Source of the DNA: an uncultured Candidatus Poseidoniales archaeon
GTDB lineage: Archaea > Thermoplasmatota > Poseidoniia > Poseidoniales > Poseidoniaceae
Direction of reading: 5' to 3'
Assembly: GCA_902520595.1 (NCBI GenBank)
Contig: CABYOM010000002.1
Coordinates: forward strand, 434 to 64,433
DNA: 64,000 nucleotides
This document shows positions 8,953-18,492 of the stretch, in pieces. Positions within the stretch are counted from its first letter, which is position 1. The number at the start of each line of letters is the position of its first letter. The translations under genes were made by a program, and so were the position numbers. The notes under the pieces are model-generated. The model ran no database searches and was not told where the DNA came from. It saw nothing but the letters and a program-made list of their open reading frames with translations.

Positions 8953-10269
8953 ATGATGTGGAGTCGCAAATCTGCAATGTTAGGAAGCTTGGCTATTGCC
9001 ATGTATTTGCTGGGTTTAACCTTGCGAAATTCCCAACTGGTTACGATTGCGGTTGTTATCTTCGTGTTCCTCACTTGGGCTGCCTTGTTTGGCGGTCATG
9101 CTGACGTTGCCGCAACAGGCCGTCGTGCAGATGAGTGGACGGGAGAAGAAGGTGCGGCATTGAACAGTGTAAGCGCAATGCGTAAACTGTCCAGTGCTCG
9201 AATTTTCGAAGATGGAGAACTCAACATCACGCTGAGGATGCAAAACCATTCCTCTCTTGCCAAAATTCTTGAAGTTCGAGACCGTGTTCCAGAAGTTATG
9301 CGTATCAAGGATGGTGCGAATTACATTCTAATGGAATTGGGTCCACGCCGTGAAACATTCATCGAATATACCGTTGAATGCCCTCTACGAGGATTTTACA
9401 GCGTTGGTCCAGTAGCAGTCAGAATTCAAGACCCATTCGGATTGTTTCACAAGGAAAAAGAATTGCATGTCTACAACGATTTCCTTGTGTTCCCGAAAAT
9501 GGAAGACCTCAAAGAGACCTTCGTCAAATCCCGTGTTCCTAAGATTTTCACGGGTGCAGTCAACATTCGACAACCAGGGCCAGGTTCAGAATTTTATTCC
9601 CTTCGTGAATATTTCGAAGGGGATTCATTCCGAGCCATTAACTGGTCTGCTTATGCTCGTTCTGGAAGACTCATGGTGAACGAACGCGAACGTGATGCTG
9701 TTTCAGACATCATCATTATTGTTGACTCTCGCTCAGTAGCTGAGACAGGACCTGTTTCCAGAAATGCATTGGTCTATTCCACACGTGCTGCCGCTTCATT
9801 AGCGAAATATTTCCTTGGCCGCAGAGATTCTGTTGGTGTCATTGTCTATGGCGATGAAGTTGTCAGTGTCGACCGAGATACTGGCAAGAAGCAACTCTAT
9901 GTGATTTTAACGAAACTCGCTGGTGCAGTTGCTCGTGGTAACATTCCATTGCAAGTTGTCGTCAACCGTATTTTGCCGCACATCAACAAAGGTAGCCCAA
10001 TCATCTTCTTGTCGAATCTTGAAGACGATCCAACGATTGTCAATGCTTTGCGTGATTTCAGAGCTCGAAATTTCGATGTTACGGTTCTTACGCCTTCATC
10101 ACTTGAGTTTGAATTCGATGCCCGTCGTATCGACCGTACTGGCTATGAAGTCATGAAGACTGAGCGAGATGTTCTCATCAGCGAACTTCGTGGACTTGGT
10201 GTCAATATCATGGATTGGGAGCCGGATATGTTGCTCTCTACTGCACTTGCTGGGGCAAGAGGATTTTGA
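8953..10269 (+). CDS. DUF58 domain protein (vWA-like, MoxR partner) with N-terminal TM helices
   Basis: DUF58 hallmark SEFYSLREYFEGDSFRAINWSAYARSGRLMVNERE (the D.R.Y..GD..R.I.W...AR pattern). N-terminal hydrophobic helices. It lies immediately downstream of MoxR, with GAGGTGA upstream. The start could be GTG 8947, ATG 8953 or ATG 8956. Confidence 0.75.
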   Translation: MMWSRKSAMLGSLAIAMYLLGLTLRNSQLVTIAVVIFVFLTWAALFGGHADVAATGRRADEWTGEEGAALNSVSAMRKLSSARIFEDGELNITLRMQNHSSLAKILEVRDRVPEVMRIKDGANYILMELGPRRETFIEYTVECPLRGFYSVGPVAVRIQDPFGLFHKEKELHVYNDFLVFPKMEDLKETFVKSRVPKIFTGAVNIRQPGPGSEFYSLREYFEGDSFRAINWSAYARSGRLMVNERERDAVSDIIIIVDSRSVAETGPVSRNALVYSTRAAASLAKYFLGRRDSVGVIVYGDEVVSVDRDTGKKQLYVILTKLAGAVARGNIPLQVVVNRILPHINKGSPIIFLSNLEDDPTIVNALRDFRARNFDVTVLTPSSLEFEFDARRIDRTGYEVMKTERDVLISELRGLGVNIMDWEPDMLLSTALAGARGF

Positions 10270-10278
10270 GGTGAGAAT

Positions 10279-11205
10279 ATGACTGTATCACGACCATCAA
10301 GCGACACTGCCCACTTGTATGACGGTAAGACGGTTCGTTCAGCTGCACCTTCTCGAAAGAAGATTGCCGGACAAATCGGTTCAGGAAGTGAAATTCCCAA
10401 GGACGCTATTCCTGAAGTTGAAATTCCATCATTTATTGAAAGCCTTCTCGGCGGACCATTGGTGCCAAAGACCAAGTTCTTACCACCTGCTAAGATGGTT
10501 CAAAATCTTCAACTCGGCGTCTATGGTATTCTTGTTGCACTCGCCTTACTCACCTACATGATCTCTCCAGCCGAGGGAACTATTTGGTACATGATTACGG
10601 GAAGTCTAGGTGTTGCTACCGTGCTTCAATTGATTCTTATCGCCGGTGCAACTGGCACTGGCTTTTGGGGGACATTCCAGCGTGATGGTCGTTTTACACT
10701 CGCGAGCAATTTGATGTTCATACTTGCAATTCTGCGCTTTGCATCATCGAAAGTCACTCTTTCCAATGACCTCTTTGGTCTTCAAGATAAACCGTTTTTA
10801 CTCTCCGCACTTGTTGTTATCTATGCTGTGCTCTTAATCATGTATTTCGAACTCACGAACGGTGTCCTTCGCTATTCGATGCTTGACACGAGTATTCGAA
10901 CAAACGAGGTTTACGTTATGAACCCTCAGAAAATTGTTGGGAAATACCATCGTTCACTTCTCATCAACCCTATTATCGCAACTCTCCTTGCAACAGTCGT
11001 TCTTTCAGCAAATACAATTCTCCCGTTCTTCGTTGGTATCCTCTCTCAGGATACAGCTCTGCGTATGGAAGAGTCTGTTGAGTTGATTTCAGTGTATGGT
11101 GTTGCACTTGGGACTTTCTTCGTGTTCTGTGTCGTTGGCGGCCTGTTCGCACTGAATCTGCCTACACATTTGCAAAGCTTCCGAGAAAAGCGGGCAGAAG
11201 ACTAA
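10279..11205 (+). CDS. polytopic membrane protein (about 6 TM), last gene of the MoxR module
   Basis: GAGGTGA Shine-Dalgarno sequence and an ATG 10 nt after the DUF58 stop. An 80-aa soluble N-terminus is followed by repeated hydrophobic helices. No catalytic motif was recognised. Confidence 0.5.
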   Translation: MTVSRPSSDTAHLYDGKTVRSAAPSRKKIAGQIGSGSEIPKDAIPEVEIPSFIESLLGGPLVPKTKFLPPAKMVQNLQLGVYGILVALALLTYMISPAEGTIWYMITGSLGVATVLQLILIAGATGTGFWGTFQRDGRFTLASNLMFILAILRFASSKVTLSNDLFGLQDKPFLLSALVVIYAVLLIMYFELTNGVLRYSMLDTSIRTNEVYVMNPQKIVGKYHRSLLINPIIATLLATVVLSANTILPFFVGILSQDTALRMEESVELISVYGVALGTFFVFCVVGGLFALNLPTHLQSFREKRAED

Positions 11206-12524
11206 ACTTCTACTGCGAGTTGTAAATAATTCGCTAGCGTTTTGAGCATTGAGTGTATTTCGTTGTTTTTGGAAATTAACCTGATTGCATGATCGTTAAC
11301 GGATAAGAGCTCAACATCAAGAATTTGTTTTATTTTGTCGGTGAGCATAACTTCCGAATCTTCTGGTAGCTTATTCCCAACCAATGAAAACATGACTCCA
11401 TATTCAAAGGTAGAGGCTTTGTCAAAGTAAGTAGAAACAATACTCTTTGCTATCTTAAGGTCATGTTGAGAAACAATCCAGGAGATACTACCGGGGTTTG
11501 ATTCCAAGTCCCAGCAAGGAATGTTCTCTTCCGCAAACTCAACCAAAACACGACCCAAGTTTTCACTTTGGACTTCAAGAGAAGGCGACTGAACGGTTAT
11601 TCTGACAACGTTTGGTAAACATCCAATCGCTTTTACCCTCCGAGTTTGATGTAAGTCAGGCCCGATAATTGTCGAGGCTTTTTCCTTTACCACTCCACGT
11701 AAGTCGCGAATTTCCAGCGGGATACCTATACTTCGTAGAGGTTCAACGGTTGCAGGATGCAAAACAGGTGTATCCAACCGAGACAGTTCAACAGCTTCTC
11801 CATATCCAAGATAAGGGATAGGTTGTGATGAAATCCCCCAACGAGGATTCAAGGGTAATACTCCGTCAACATCTTTCCATAAAATGACCTTATCTGCATC
11901 GATGAGGCGGGCTATTGAAGTTGCAGTGTGATCGCTCCCTCCACGTCCAAGTAATGCCAACTCTCCATCAGAGCCTTCACCAAACCAGCCGGTAATTACC
12001 GGTGTTCCAAAAAGAGCACTGCGATCTAATTGCTTCATAGAAGTCTCAATATCAACCATTGGTGCTCTGTTCACTCCCTTGAGTTTTAATCCAATATCTT
12101 CAGCACCAACTGGATGTGCTTGAATGCCTAACTTCTGTAAATGGTGAGCGACAACCAATGCGGAAAGGCGTTCTCCGGCTGCTAGCAACCGGTTGATTGC
12201 ACTCCATTCTTGTGGATCTCGAGATAATTCATCAAGTGAACGTTCTATCCCTCTCAATACCGCTTTGAACAACTCTGCATTTTCGCCTTCGATTAATCCC
12301 GGTGCAAAGCGAAGATGCTGACGTGAAAGGTCATTCACCAATCGACTCGCATATCGCGGCTCTTTACTCGCCCGCATCAATCGGTCAGTCGTTCCCCAAA
12401 GTGCTGAGACGACAAGGACTGATTTTCCAGGCCAATGTTGAATCACTTCTGCAATGCGATTCAAATCTGAAATATCTCGTAGGCAAGAGCCTCCAAACTT
12501 GTGAACAGTCATTGATTTAATCAT
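11202..12524 (-). CDS. aspartate kinase
   Basis: Amino-acid-kinase N-terminus MTVHKFGGSCL with the KFGGS motif, and a C-terminal regulatory (ACT-like) region, about 440 aa in total. GGAGGT lies 7 nt upstream of the ATG at 12524. The ORF-track start at 12563 is probably too long. Confidence 0.75.
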   Translation of the reverse strand: MIKSMTVHKFGGSCLRDISDLNRIAEVIQHWPGKSVLVVSALWGTTDRLMRASKEPRYASRLVNDLSRQHLRFAPGLIEGENAELFKAVLRGIERSLDELSRDPQEWSAINRLLAAGERLSALVVAHHLQKLGIQAHPVGAEDIGLKLKGVNRAPMVDIETSMKQLDRSALFGTPVITGWFGEGSDGELALLGRGGSDHTATSIARLIDADKVILWKDVDGVLPLNPRWGISSQPIPYLGYGEAVELSRLDTPVLHPATVEPLRSIGIPLEIRDLRGVVKEKASTIIGPDLHQTRRVKAIGCLPNVVRITVQSPSLEVQSENLGRVLVEFAEENIPCWDLESNPGSISWIVSQHDLKIAKSIVSTYFDKASTFEYGVMFSLVGNKLPEDSEVMLTDKIKQILDVELLSVNDHAIRLISKNNEIHSMLKTLANYLQLAVEV

Positions 12525-13593
12525 CGAGAAAACCTCCACGTAAAGCAAGGTCACAAAGAACAAGTTTGGCCATTGATTCGACCACTGCTACTGCTCGAGG
12601 CCCTAACACAGGGTCATGACGCCCTCCAACAACCAACGGTTCAATGGTGTTTTTTTCGAGATTTAGCGTGTTTTGTTTTGCAGCAATACTTGATGGCGGC
12701 TTGAAAGCAACAGAAACATGAATCGGTGAACCCGTCGCCAGACCGGCAATTACCCCATCAGGCTTCTCGCCAGTTAATATTGGGTTTTCTGCCGTTCCAC
12801 CCCACGGGTCGTTGTGTTCTAAACCGGTCATTTTCACCACTCCAAAACCACGCCCAAACGTCACTCCACGAGCGGCAGGAATCGCAATCATCGCACGAGC
12901 CAGAGCCGGCTCAAGACCGTCAAACCATGGTTCGCCCAACCCGAGCGGTAAGCCAGATATTTGCAGGTCGACGCGACTGCCAATTGAATTTCTCTGCATT
13001 CGATGTTGTTCAACAGTTTCGACCATAGCAAGGGCTGCAACAGGGTCTCGACAGCGCATTTCCTTACTGGCTTCATTTCCCCATCGAGGAGGGCATTGGT
13101 TCATTTCTTTGGCTTCTATTTGTCCAATGGCGCCTACATGCGCTTCACATACGACATTTAGCTTGTTGAGCAGAGGTGAAAGCAGCGCTGCAGAAGCAAC
13201 CAATGCTGCTGTTAATCGGGCGGAGGAACTCCCTCCTCCACGCAAGTCTGCATCTCCGTTCGTACGCTTGTGCATGACCATATCTTGGTGACCCGGGCGT
13301 GGATGTGCTGGTAAGAAACTGTAGTCTCGTGTTCTTGCATCTTTGTTGGCTATTGAGATTTCAATTTCCTCACCAGTCGTTTTTCCATCAGCAACACCGG
13401 TCCGAAATTCAACAACATCAGGTTCCCTGCGCTTACTCGCATATCGCCCACCGGGTCGGCGTGAAGCCATAGCCAGTTCGATGGCATCAGAGTCAATTTC
13501 AATACCTGCAGGGACACCATTGAGCAGTGCACCGACACGAGGCCCGTGACTTGTCCCAAAAAGGGTGAGTCGAATCCTTTCTCCGAGGTGCAT
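12517..13593 (-). CDS. aroC: chorismate synthase
   Basis: The N-terminal motif RLTLFGTSHGP corresponds to the FGESHG signature. Later conserved blocks are GRSSARLTA(ALVA) and RHDPV. The start is either M at 13593 or M at 13599. Confidence 0.8.
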   Translation of the reverse strand: MHLGERIRLTLFGTSHGPRVGALLNGVPAGIEIDSDAIELAMASRRPGGRYASKRREPDVVEFRTGVADGKTTGEEIEISIANKDARTRDYSFLPAHPRPGHQDMVMHKRTNGDADLRGGGSSSARLTAALVASAALLSPLLNKLNVVCEAHVGAIGQIEAKEMNQCPPRWGNEASKEMRCRDPVAALAMVETVEQHRMQRNSIGSRVDLQISGLPLGLGEPWFDGLEPALARAMIAIPAARGVTFGRGFGVVKMTGLEHNDPWGGTAENPILTGEKPDGVIAGLATGSPIHVSVAFKPPSSIAAKQNTLNLEKNTIEPLVVGGRHDPVLGPRAVAVVESMAKLVLCDLALRGGFLDD

Positions 13594-13628
13594 ATGCATT
13601 GGACTCATCCATTCGAGCCACCCTCCCT

Positions 13629-14570
13629 TCAAGAAGGTGCGTCTTCACTCTCTTCTTCATTGCTCAGAAAAGATGTTTGAATCACTTTGGTCACTTCTTT
13701 GTTCGATTCGAACAAGTGAAGAAGCCTTTCACAAGTTGGTTTACTGACTTTTGGAGCGATGACTACAATGGCGTTCCCTGAACCACTCATACCTGCTGCA
13801 CGTGCCCCATTTAGAATCGCATCATTGGTAATTTTACGGCCCTGAACATCGTTCATCACCGCTACAGTACCTCGCCCATTCCAAGTTAAGGCAACCAACT
13901 CGTTCATTTCTTGTAATGCTTCAAGTGCATTTTGATAGGCGCTTGTGTGAGGTACAAAATCTTCCAGTGTCGGCCGTTTTTTTCGCTCTTCTCGGCATAC
14001 GATCATAACAACCCAATCCTCTGTGTTTGGACCATTTCCTTCAAACAAAACCCCTTCAGAAATACTTTCCGCTTGCGGATCAATCAGTTTCCATCCAGTG
14101 GTTAAACACGCCCAAGCATCATCTATTGAACCGGTAATCGATACATTAGATTCGATTTGCGCTTGTGCAGCCATAGCAACATATTCTTCATCGCTCACTT
14201 CAGTTTGTGTGGCATCCGCGAGAGCTCGAAGTGCAGCAATGGATAATGCAGCGCTTGATTTGAGTCCTTGACGAGGGGGGATTTGACTCATAACAGCCCA
14301 ATGTAAATCTTCTTTTTCCAGTTCATTTGGAAACTTAAAACCTCCAGCAATCCAAGCATCAAGGATTGCGGGGAGTAATTCATCGGGGTCCTTGACATCT
14401 CGTTTACTGGGTTTGTCGAGTAGACGTACGGCCAACGGTAAATCGACACCTATACTTGCTCCATACCCTAGGCCGGCGGCATGGAGTAAACTGCAACCTC
14501 CATGAGCATTTCCAGAACCGAGTATCGCCATGCTATCATCTCTCAGCAACAGCACTTGAGATTGGAGCAC
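13629..14570 (-). CDS. aroK: shikimate kinase, archaeal GHMP-kinase type
   Basis: GHMP kinase motif GLKSSAALSIAA (the PxGSGLGSSAA pattern). About 300 aa, as in the archaeal enzymes. It sits between aroB' and aroC. The start may be the internal M at 14531. Confidence 0.65.
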   Translation of the reverse strand: MLQSQVLLLRDDSMAILGSGNAHGGCSLLHAAGLGYGASIGVDLPLAVRLLDKPSKRDVKDPDELLPAILDAWIAGGFKFPNELEKEDLHWAVMSQIPPRQGLKSSAALSIAALRALADATQTEVSDEEYVAMAAQAQIESNVSITGSIDDAWACLTTGWKLIDPQAESISEGVLFEGNGPNTEDWVVMIVCREERKKRPTLEDFVPHTSAYQNALEALQEMNELVALTWNGRGTVAVMNDVQGRKITNDAILNGARAAGMSGSGNAIVVIAPKVSKPTCERLLHLFESNKEVTKVIQTSFLSNEEESEDAPS

Positions 14571-15564
14571 CTATGTGCCTCGATCCCGTGTCGCTCCAGC
14601 CGATGACAATATCTCCAGTTTTCAATGCAGTAATTGACTTGGTTTTCTTGTCGAGCCCGACGACGCGTACCGTCTCTGCTTGTTGTAAGAACATGTTCCC
14701 TTCTTTATTATTTTCATCAATCCATTTCACTAGAATCATTGGCCTCAATTCGATTTTCAAGCGACCAACAGTTGCACTACGTTGCCTACCCTCTGTATTT
14801 ACCACATGAATTTCATCACCTGAACGCAGTTCAGATAGGTATTTTGTCATTCCATTCGCCATTCGAATGTAGGCATGGGGAGGGCCTGCGTTAACGCGGA
14901 ACGGGCGCGTTGGAACAAACTCTGAATCGAGTGTTTCACCGTGAACAAAAAGAAAACTCGAAGCACTTGAACCGAGTAAAAGACCTTCACCATCTTCAAG
15001 TAAACTCGTCATGTCAATGCAATAACGTTCTGCAGTTCCACCGGACTCTATTGAAGTAATTCTTAAACTCCCTAAACCGACATGCCCAGATTGTAATTCA
15101 ACCTCGGATTCAATGTTGTCTTTTCTCTCCAATCGTTGAGACTTGATAATTAAGGCAGCCTCAATCATTTCCGTTGAGGATGGTATCACCAATGCGTCAA
15201 CACCTTTTTGCAGTGCAAAACCGGCACCTTGAGCCTGTTCAGGTGTGGAAAGAACGGCTGCTATTTTAGTAGGCGTTCCTTCACAAGCAGCAATTATATT
15301 TTCAATTGGAATCATCGACCAGTCGGAGAAATCAATCACGAGCCACTCGACACTGCCTACCAAAGAGCGAGCATAGTCCTGTGTTATTTCAGAGTTTATT
15401 GTTACTAAGGCGCCAACGACTTTTTCATTTGACATAATTCGATTTCCATCGCAGTAAAAATCGTCTGGATTTTTAATACTTTGAGCAAAAAGGCGGCGGT
15501 CTATTCCTTCCTTGACATCGTTTGAGGATTCTATAGAATTGCGGCAGTCAGTCCACACTTCCAT
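14536..15564 (-). CDS. 3-dehydroquinate synthase II (archaeal AroB')
   Basis: The block FLFVHGETLDSEFVPTRPFRVNAGPPHAYIRMANGMTKYLSELRSGDEIHVV matches the conserved VATRPFRVNAGPVHAY...TKYLSEL.AGD region of the archaeal DHQ synthase II family (MJ1249 type). Confidence 0.75.
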   Translation of the reverse strand: MEVWTDCRNSIESSNDVKEGIDRRLFAQSIKNPDDFYCDGNRIMSNEKVVGALVTINSEITQDYARSLVGSVEWLVIDFSDWSMIPIENIIAACEGTPTKIAAVLSTPEQAQGAGFALQKGVDALVIPSSTEMIEAALIIKSQRLERKDNIESEVELQSGHVGLGSLRITSIESGGTAERYCIDMTSLLEDGEGLLLGSSASSFLFVHGETLDSEFVPTRPFRVNAGPPHAYIRMANGMTKYLSELRSGDEIHVVNTEGRQRSATVGRLKIELRPMILVKWIDENNKEGNMFLQQAETVRVVGLDKKTKSITALKTGDIVIGWSDTGSRHIGAPISSAVAER

Positions 15565-15573
15565 GCCAACACC

Positions 15574-16371
15574 TCACAGTCCACAACTTACCATTGCGTT
15601 TTGAACGGTGGAATCTTCATGAACGAGCATGACTAAAGCTCTGGCAATTGCCTCAACGTTTGGATGAGCAAAAACCTGTCTTCCCATGCAAATTCCTGAT
15701 GCGCCAGCATCAAGTGCTTGACGGACCATCGTCAATATTTCAAGCGAATTGCCGGTTGCAGGACCTCCTGCTACAAGGACCGGAATTGGGGCTGCAGAAG
15801 ATATTTTTCGAAAACTGTCTTGACTTCCAGTCCACGTCGTTTTCGCAGCATCACAGCCCAGTTCAAAAGCAAGACGAACAGCATGTGCATTGGCGTTTGT
15901 ATCATCGCCTTCCATGATGGAAAGGTGTTCACCACGTGCATAAACCATACCGAACATGGGTAAGTCGTGGTGCAATGCATCCCTGCTCATCTTCCCCATA
16001 CGTTCAACCATCGATGCTTCATTTGGGCTACCCATGTTTACTTGACAAGAGACACCAATTCCTCCCCTTTTGAGGACTTCATCAGCATTTCCAACGATGA
16101 CTTTGTTTGCAGCGTCTGGACCTGCATGACGTGTTGATACTGAGAAATGGACGACCATGTCGGTTGTTGAGCCTTCGCACAGGTGGCTGTAATGACTTAC
16201 AACTCCCTTTTGTGCTACGATTGCATCTACTCCTGCACGGACTAAGGCACTGATTACATGCTCGGTATCAGTCAGGCCTTCCACAGGAAAATCCGACGCA
16301 CCGTGATCGATTGGGATCCAAACTCCCCGTCCATTTGGGAGCAGGGAATTCAATCGCGTGGCCTTGTCCAT
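15574..16371 (-). CDS. 2-amino-3,7-dideoxy-D-threo-hept-6-ulosonate synthase (AroA', class I aldolase DhnA/FbaB family)
   Basis: Class I aldolase family N-terminus (GRGVWIPIDHG... DAIVAQKG), 265 aa. It lies directly upstream of aroB' in the same operon. Assignment as AroA' rather than a generic fructose-bisphosphate aldolase rests on this context. Confidence 0.65.
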   Translation of the reverse strand: MDKATRLNSLLPNGRGVWIPIDHGASDFPVEGLTDTEHVISALVRAGVDAIVAQKGVVSHYSHLCEGSTTDMVVHFSVSTRHAGPDAANKVIVGNADEVLKRGGIGVSCQVNMGSPNEASMVERMGKMSRDALHHDLPMFGMVYARGEHLSIMEGDDTNANAHAVRLAFELGCDAAKTTWTGSQDSFRKISSAAPIPVLVAGGPATGNSLEILTMVRQALDAGASGICMGRQVFAHPNVEAIARALVMLVHEDSTVQNAMVSCGL

Positions 16372-16412
16372 GGTTCCGGGAAAACACGCTGGTTCTCAAG
16401 GTTTCGCACACA

Positions 16413-17054
16413 TTATTCGTTATCCATTTGCTCGCTGGACCACTTCATCATTGCTAATTCAGCACGATTAAGGTGTTCTTGAAGGGTCGAGCGAGGTATT
16501 TTCATCAATTCAGAGAGTTCTCGCAATTTGATTTGCTTCGGGTGGTCGTAATATCCAGAAGAGGCAGCTACTTTGACACATTCTATCTGGCGGGGAGTCA
16601 AAATACCTTCAATTATAGTTTTATTATCGCCCATTTCTACAACCTTGACCACATCTGGGGGAAGTAGTTGGCGACAGATTTTCAAAAAGTTTGAGACGCC
16701 GGCAGGCACACCACGAACAGTAAGGGTTATTCCATCTCCACCATAGGTATAGGGTGGCATGATGTGAATATCTGAAAAATGGATGGCTGCAATAGAAAGA
16801 GGATGTGAATTCCATACCACCAAATAACCACTTTGACCGCCTCCGAGTTCTGATTCAACAGTCAAAAATGGAACCTCATCCAAATCCTGTACTCCTTTCC
16901 CTTCACAGAAGTCTGGCAAAATTAATTGGCGAATGCCCTTTTCCCCAATGTCAAGGTGGCCAACAACCTCCAAAGAATGCGCAATTTTAGCAATTGGGGC
17001 GTATTCTGAGTTCGCCACAGTCTCCGCAGTCCACTTTAAGTGAATTTCTCGCAT
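16413..17054 (-). CDS. transcriptional regulator with C-terminal HTH_10 (Bat-like) DNA-binding domain
   Basis: The C-terminus GYYDHPKQIKLRELSELMKIPRSTLQEHLNRAE matches the HTH_10 signature (GYfD.PR...L.ela..lgis.stl.ehLrrAE). It is the first gene of the minus-strand aro cluster. Confidence 0.6.
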   Translation of the reverse strand: MREIHLKWTAETVANSEYAPIAKIAHSLEVVGHLDIGEKGIRQLILPDFCEGKGVQDLDEVPFLTVESELGGGQSGYLVVWNSHPLSIAAIHFSDIHIMPPYTYGGDGITLTVRGVPAGVSNFLKICRQLLPPDVVKVVEMGDNKTIIEGILTPRQIECVKVAASSGYYDHPKQIKLRELSELMKIPRSTLQEHLNRAELAMMKWSSEQMDNE

Positions 17055-17196
17055 AAACGACCCTCCCGTAGCAGAGATATAAAATCAAAGGCAGTAAAAT
17101 CAAACCATCTCATACACTTAATGTCGTTAAAATTTCACTTCTTTGATAAAAATACCAACCGATGTTACAAAAGACTAGCACCTCCTGCGAGTATCA

Positions 17197-18441
17197 ATGG
17201 CAGTTGAGACCATCGTAACTTCGATAGCCTTAGTAGGGGGTTTTGTTGTTGGTTTATGGTATATTTTCACGCGTAAAGACGTGGCAATATCTGCCCGTCA
17301 AGGTTTGAATCCTGAAGGACTGCGATATGGCTCTGGCGCTCCGGGTTTTGGAAGTGCAAAGAAAGAAATCGATCGTAAACTTGCACTCGTTGAGAACCGT
17401 CGTCGTCGCCAGGAAGCAATTTCCAGCAGGATGGCGGCTGAAAATGCCGAAAGACTTGCACGTGAACAACTTCAACAATCTCGAGCCCAACAAGAAGCTG
17501 AACGGCTACAGATGATGGAAGATGCACGTATTGCAGCTCAAGAAGAAGCCCGCTTAGCCTCTGAAGCTGCCCAGAAAGTTCGTGACCAGCAAGATGAGGC
17601 TCGCCGACGTGAAGAAGAAGAAGCTCGCCTTGCAATTGAACGTGAGAATCAACGACAAGCAGACTTCTTGGCTTCTGAAGAATCCCGACTTGCTGAAATT
17701 GCTGCCGCTCAACAACAGCAGGTTGCTTCATCCACTTCGAATTCCAAAGCAATCAAAGAACTGCAAGCACGTTTAGCCCGTGAAGGAGCTAAATCTTCCG
17801 ATGTTCAAGTCTCTTTGATGTGGAATAATTACAATGATCTTGATCTACACATCGTTTGCCCTTCCGGTGAACGTATTCACGGAGGAAACAAAATCTCTGC
17901 ATGCGGTGGAGAACTCGATGTTGATGCCAATGTGCGTGCAGAGACCCGTAAACCGGTCGAGAACGTCTTTTGGCCTGAAGGAACTGCTCCGAGTGGCCAA
18001 TACCATGTTTATGTTCACTATTACAAGAAACACAAGAAGCGACGTTCAAAAGACCCGACGAAGTTCCAAATCATGCTCAATAACGGTGGAGAAACGACCG
18101 AATATTCTGCTGAACTCAGTAAGGGTGACCCGATCATGCAAGTTTGCTCTTTTGATGTCTCATCTAATGAAGAACGCGAACTCTTGAAGAGAGAACTTGA
18201 AACAGAATTGGATGCACTGAAAAACAGATTTATCGATGCAGATATTGATGGTAGTGCTCGACTCTCTGTTGAAGAACTGGCTGAGGCCACAGGTATGTCT
18301 CTTGAGGAAGCAGAAATTATTCACAAGAAGGCTGACAAAGACGGCGATGGCACAATCTCGCTTGATGAATACCTTTCAGCATCACAAGTTCCGAGTGCTC
18401 CTGACTTAGAATCACTGAGCACTGATGAATCCTCAGAATGA
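17197..18441 (+). CDS. membrane-anchored coiled-coil protein with PPC-like beta domain and a C-terminal EF-hand pair
   Basis: An N-terminal TM (IVTSIALVGGFVVGLWYIF) is followed by a roughly 150-aa E/R/Q/A-rich predicted coiled coil. A domain with NDLDLHIV (pre-peptidase-C-terminal-like) follows, and then EF-hand loops DADIDGSARLSVEE and the canonical DKDGDGTISLDE. Confidence 0.55.
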   Translation: MAVETIVTSIALVGGFVVGLWYIFTRKDVAISARQGLNPEGLRYGSGAPGFGSAKKEIDRKLALVENRRRRQEAISSRMAAENAERLAREQLQQSRAQQEAERLQMMEDARIAAQEEARLASEAAQKVRDQQDEARRREEEEARLAIERENQRQADFLASEESRLAEIAAAQQQQVASSTSNSKAIKELQARLAREGAKSSDVQVSLMWNNYNDLDLHIVCPSGERIHGGNKISACGGELDVDANVRAETRKPVENVFWPEGTAPSGQYHVYVHYYKKHKKRRSKDPTKFQIMLNNGGETTEYSAELSKGDPIMQVCSFDVSSNEERELLKRELETELDALKNRFIDADIDGSARLSVEELAEATGMSLEEAEIIHKKADKDGDGTISLDEYLSASQVPSAPDLESLSTDESSE

Positions 18442-18492
18442 GGAAGAGTTCGTTGCCTAAAGATTCGTTCTCGACAGATGCAACAGTTTGTT

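Noticed and set aside
12812-13291. 159-aa plus-strand ORF inside aroC
   Set aside because: Antisense to chorismate synthase. Low-complexity Ala/Arg/Pro composition typical of antisense artefacts.
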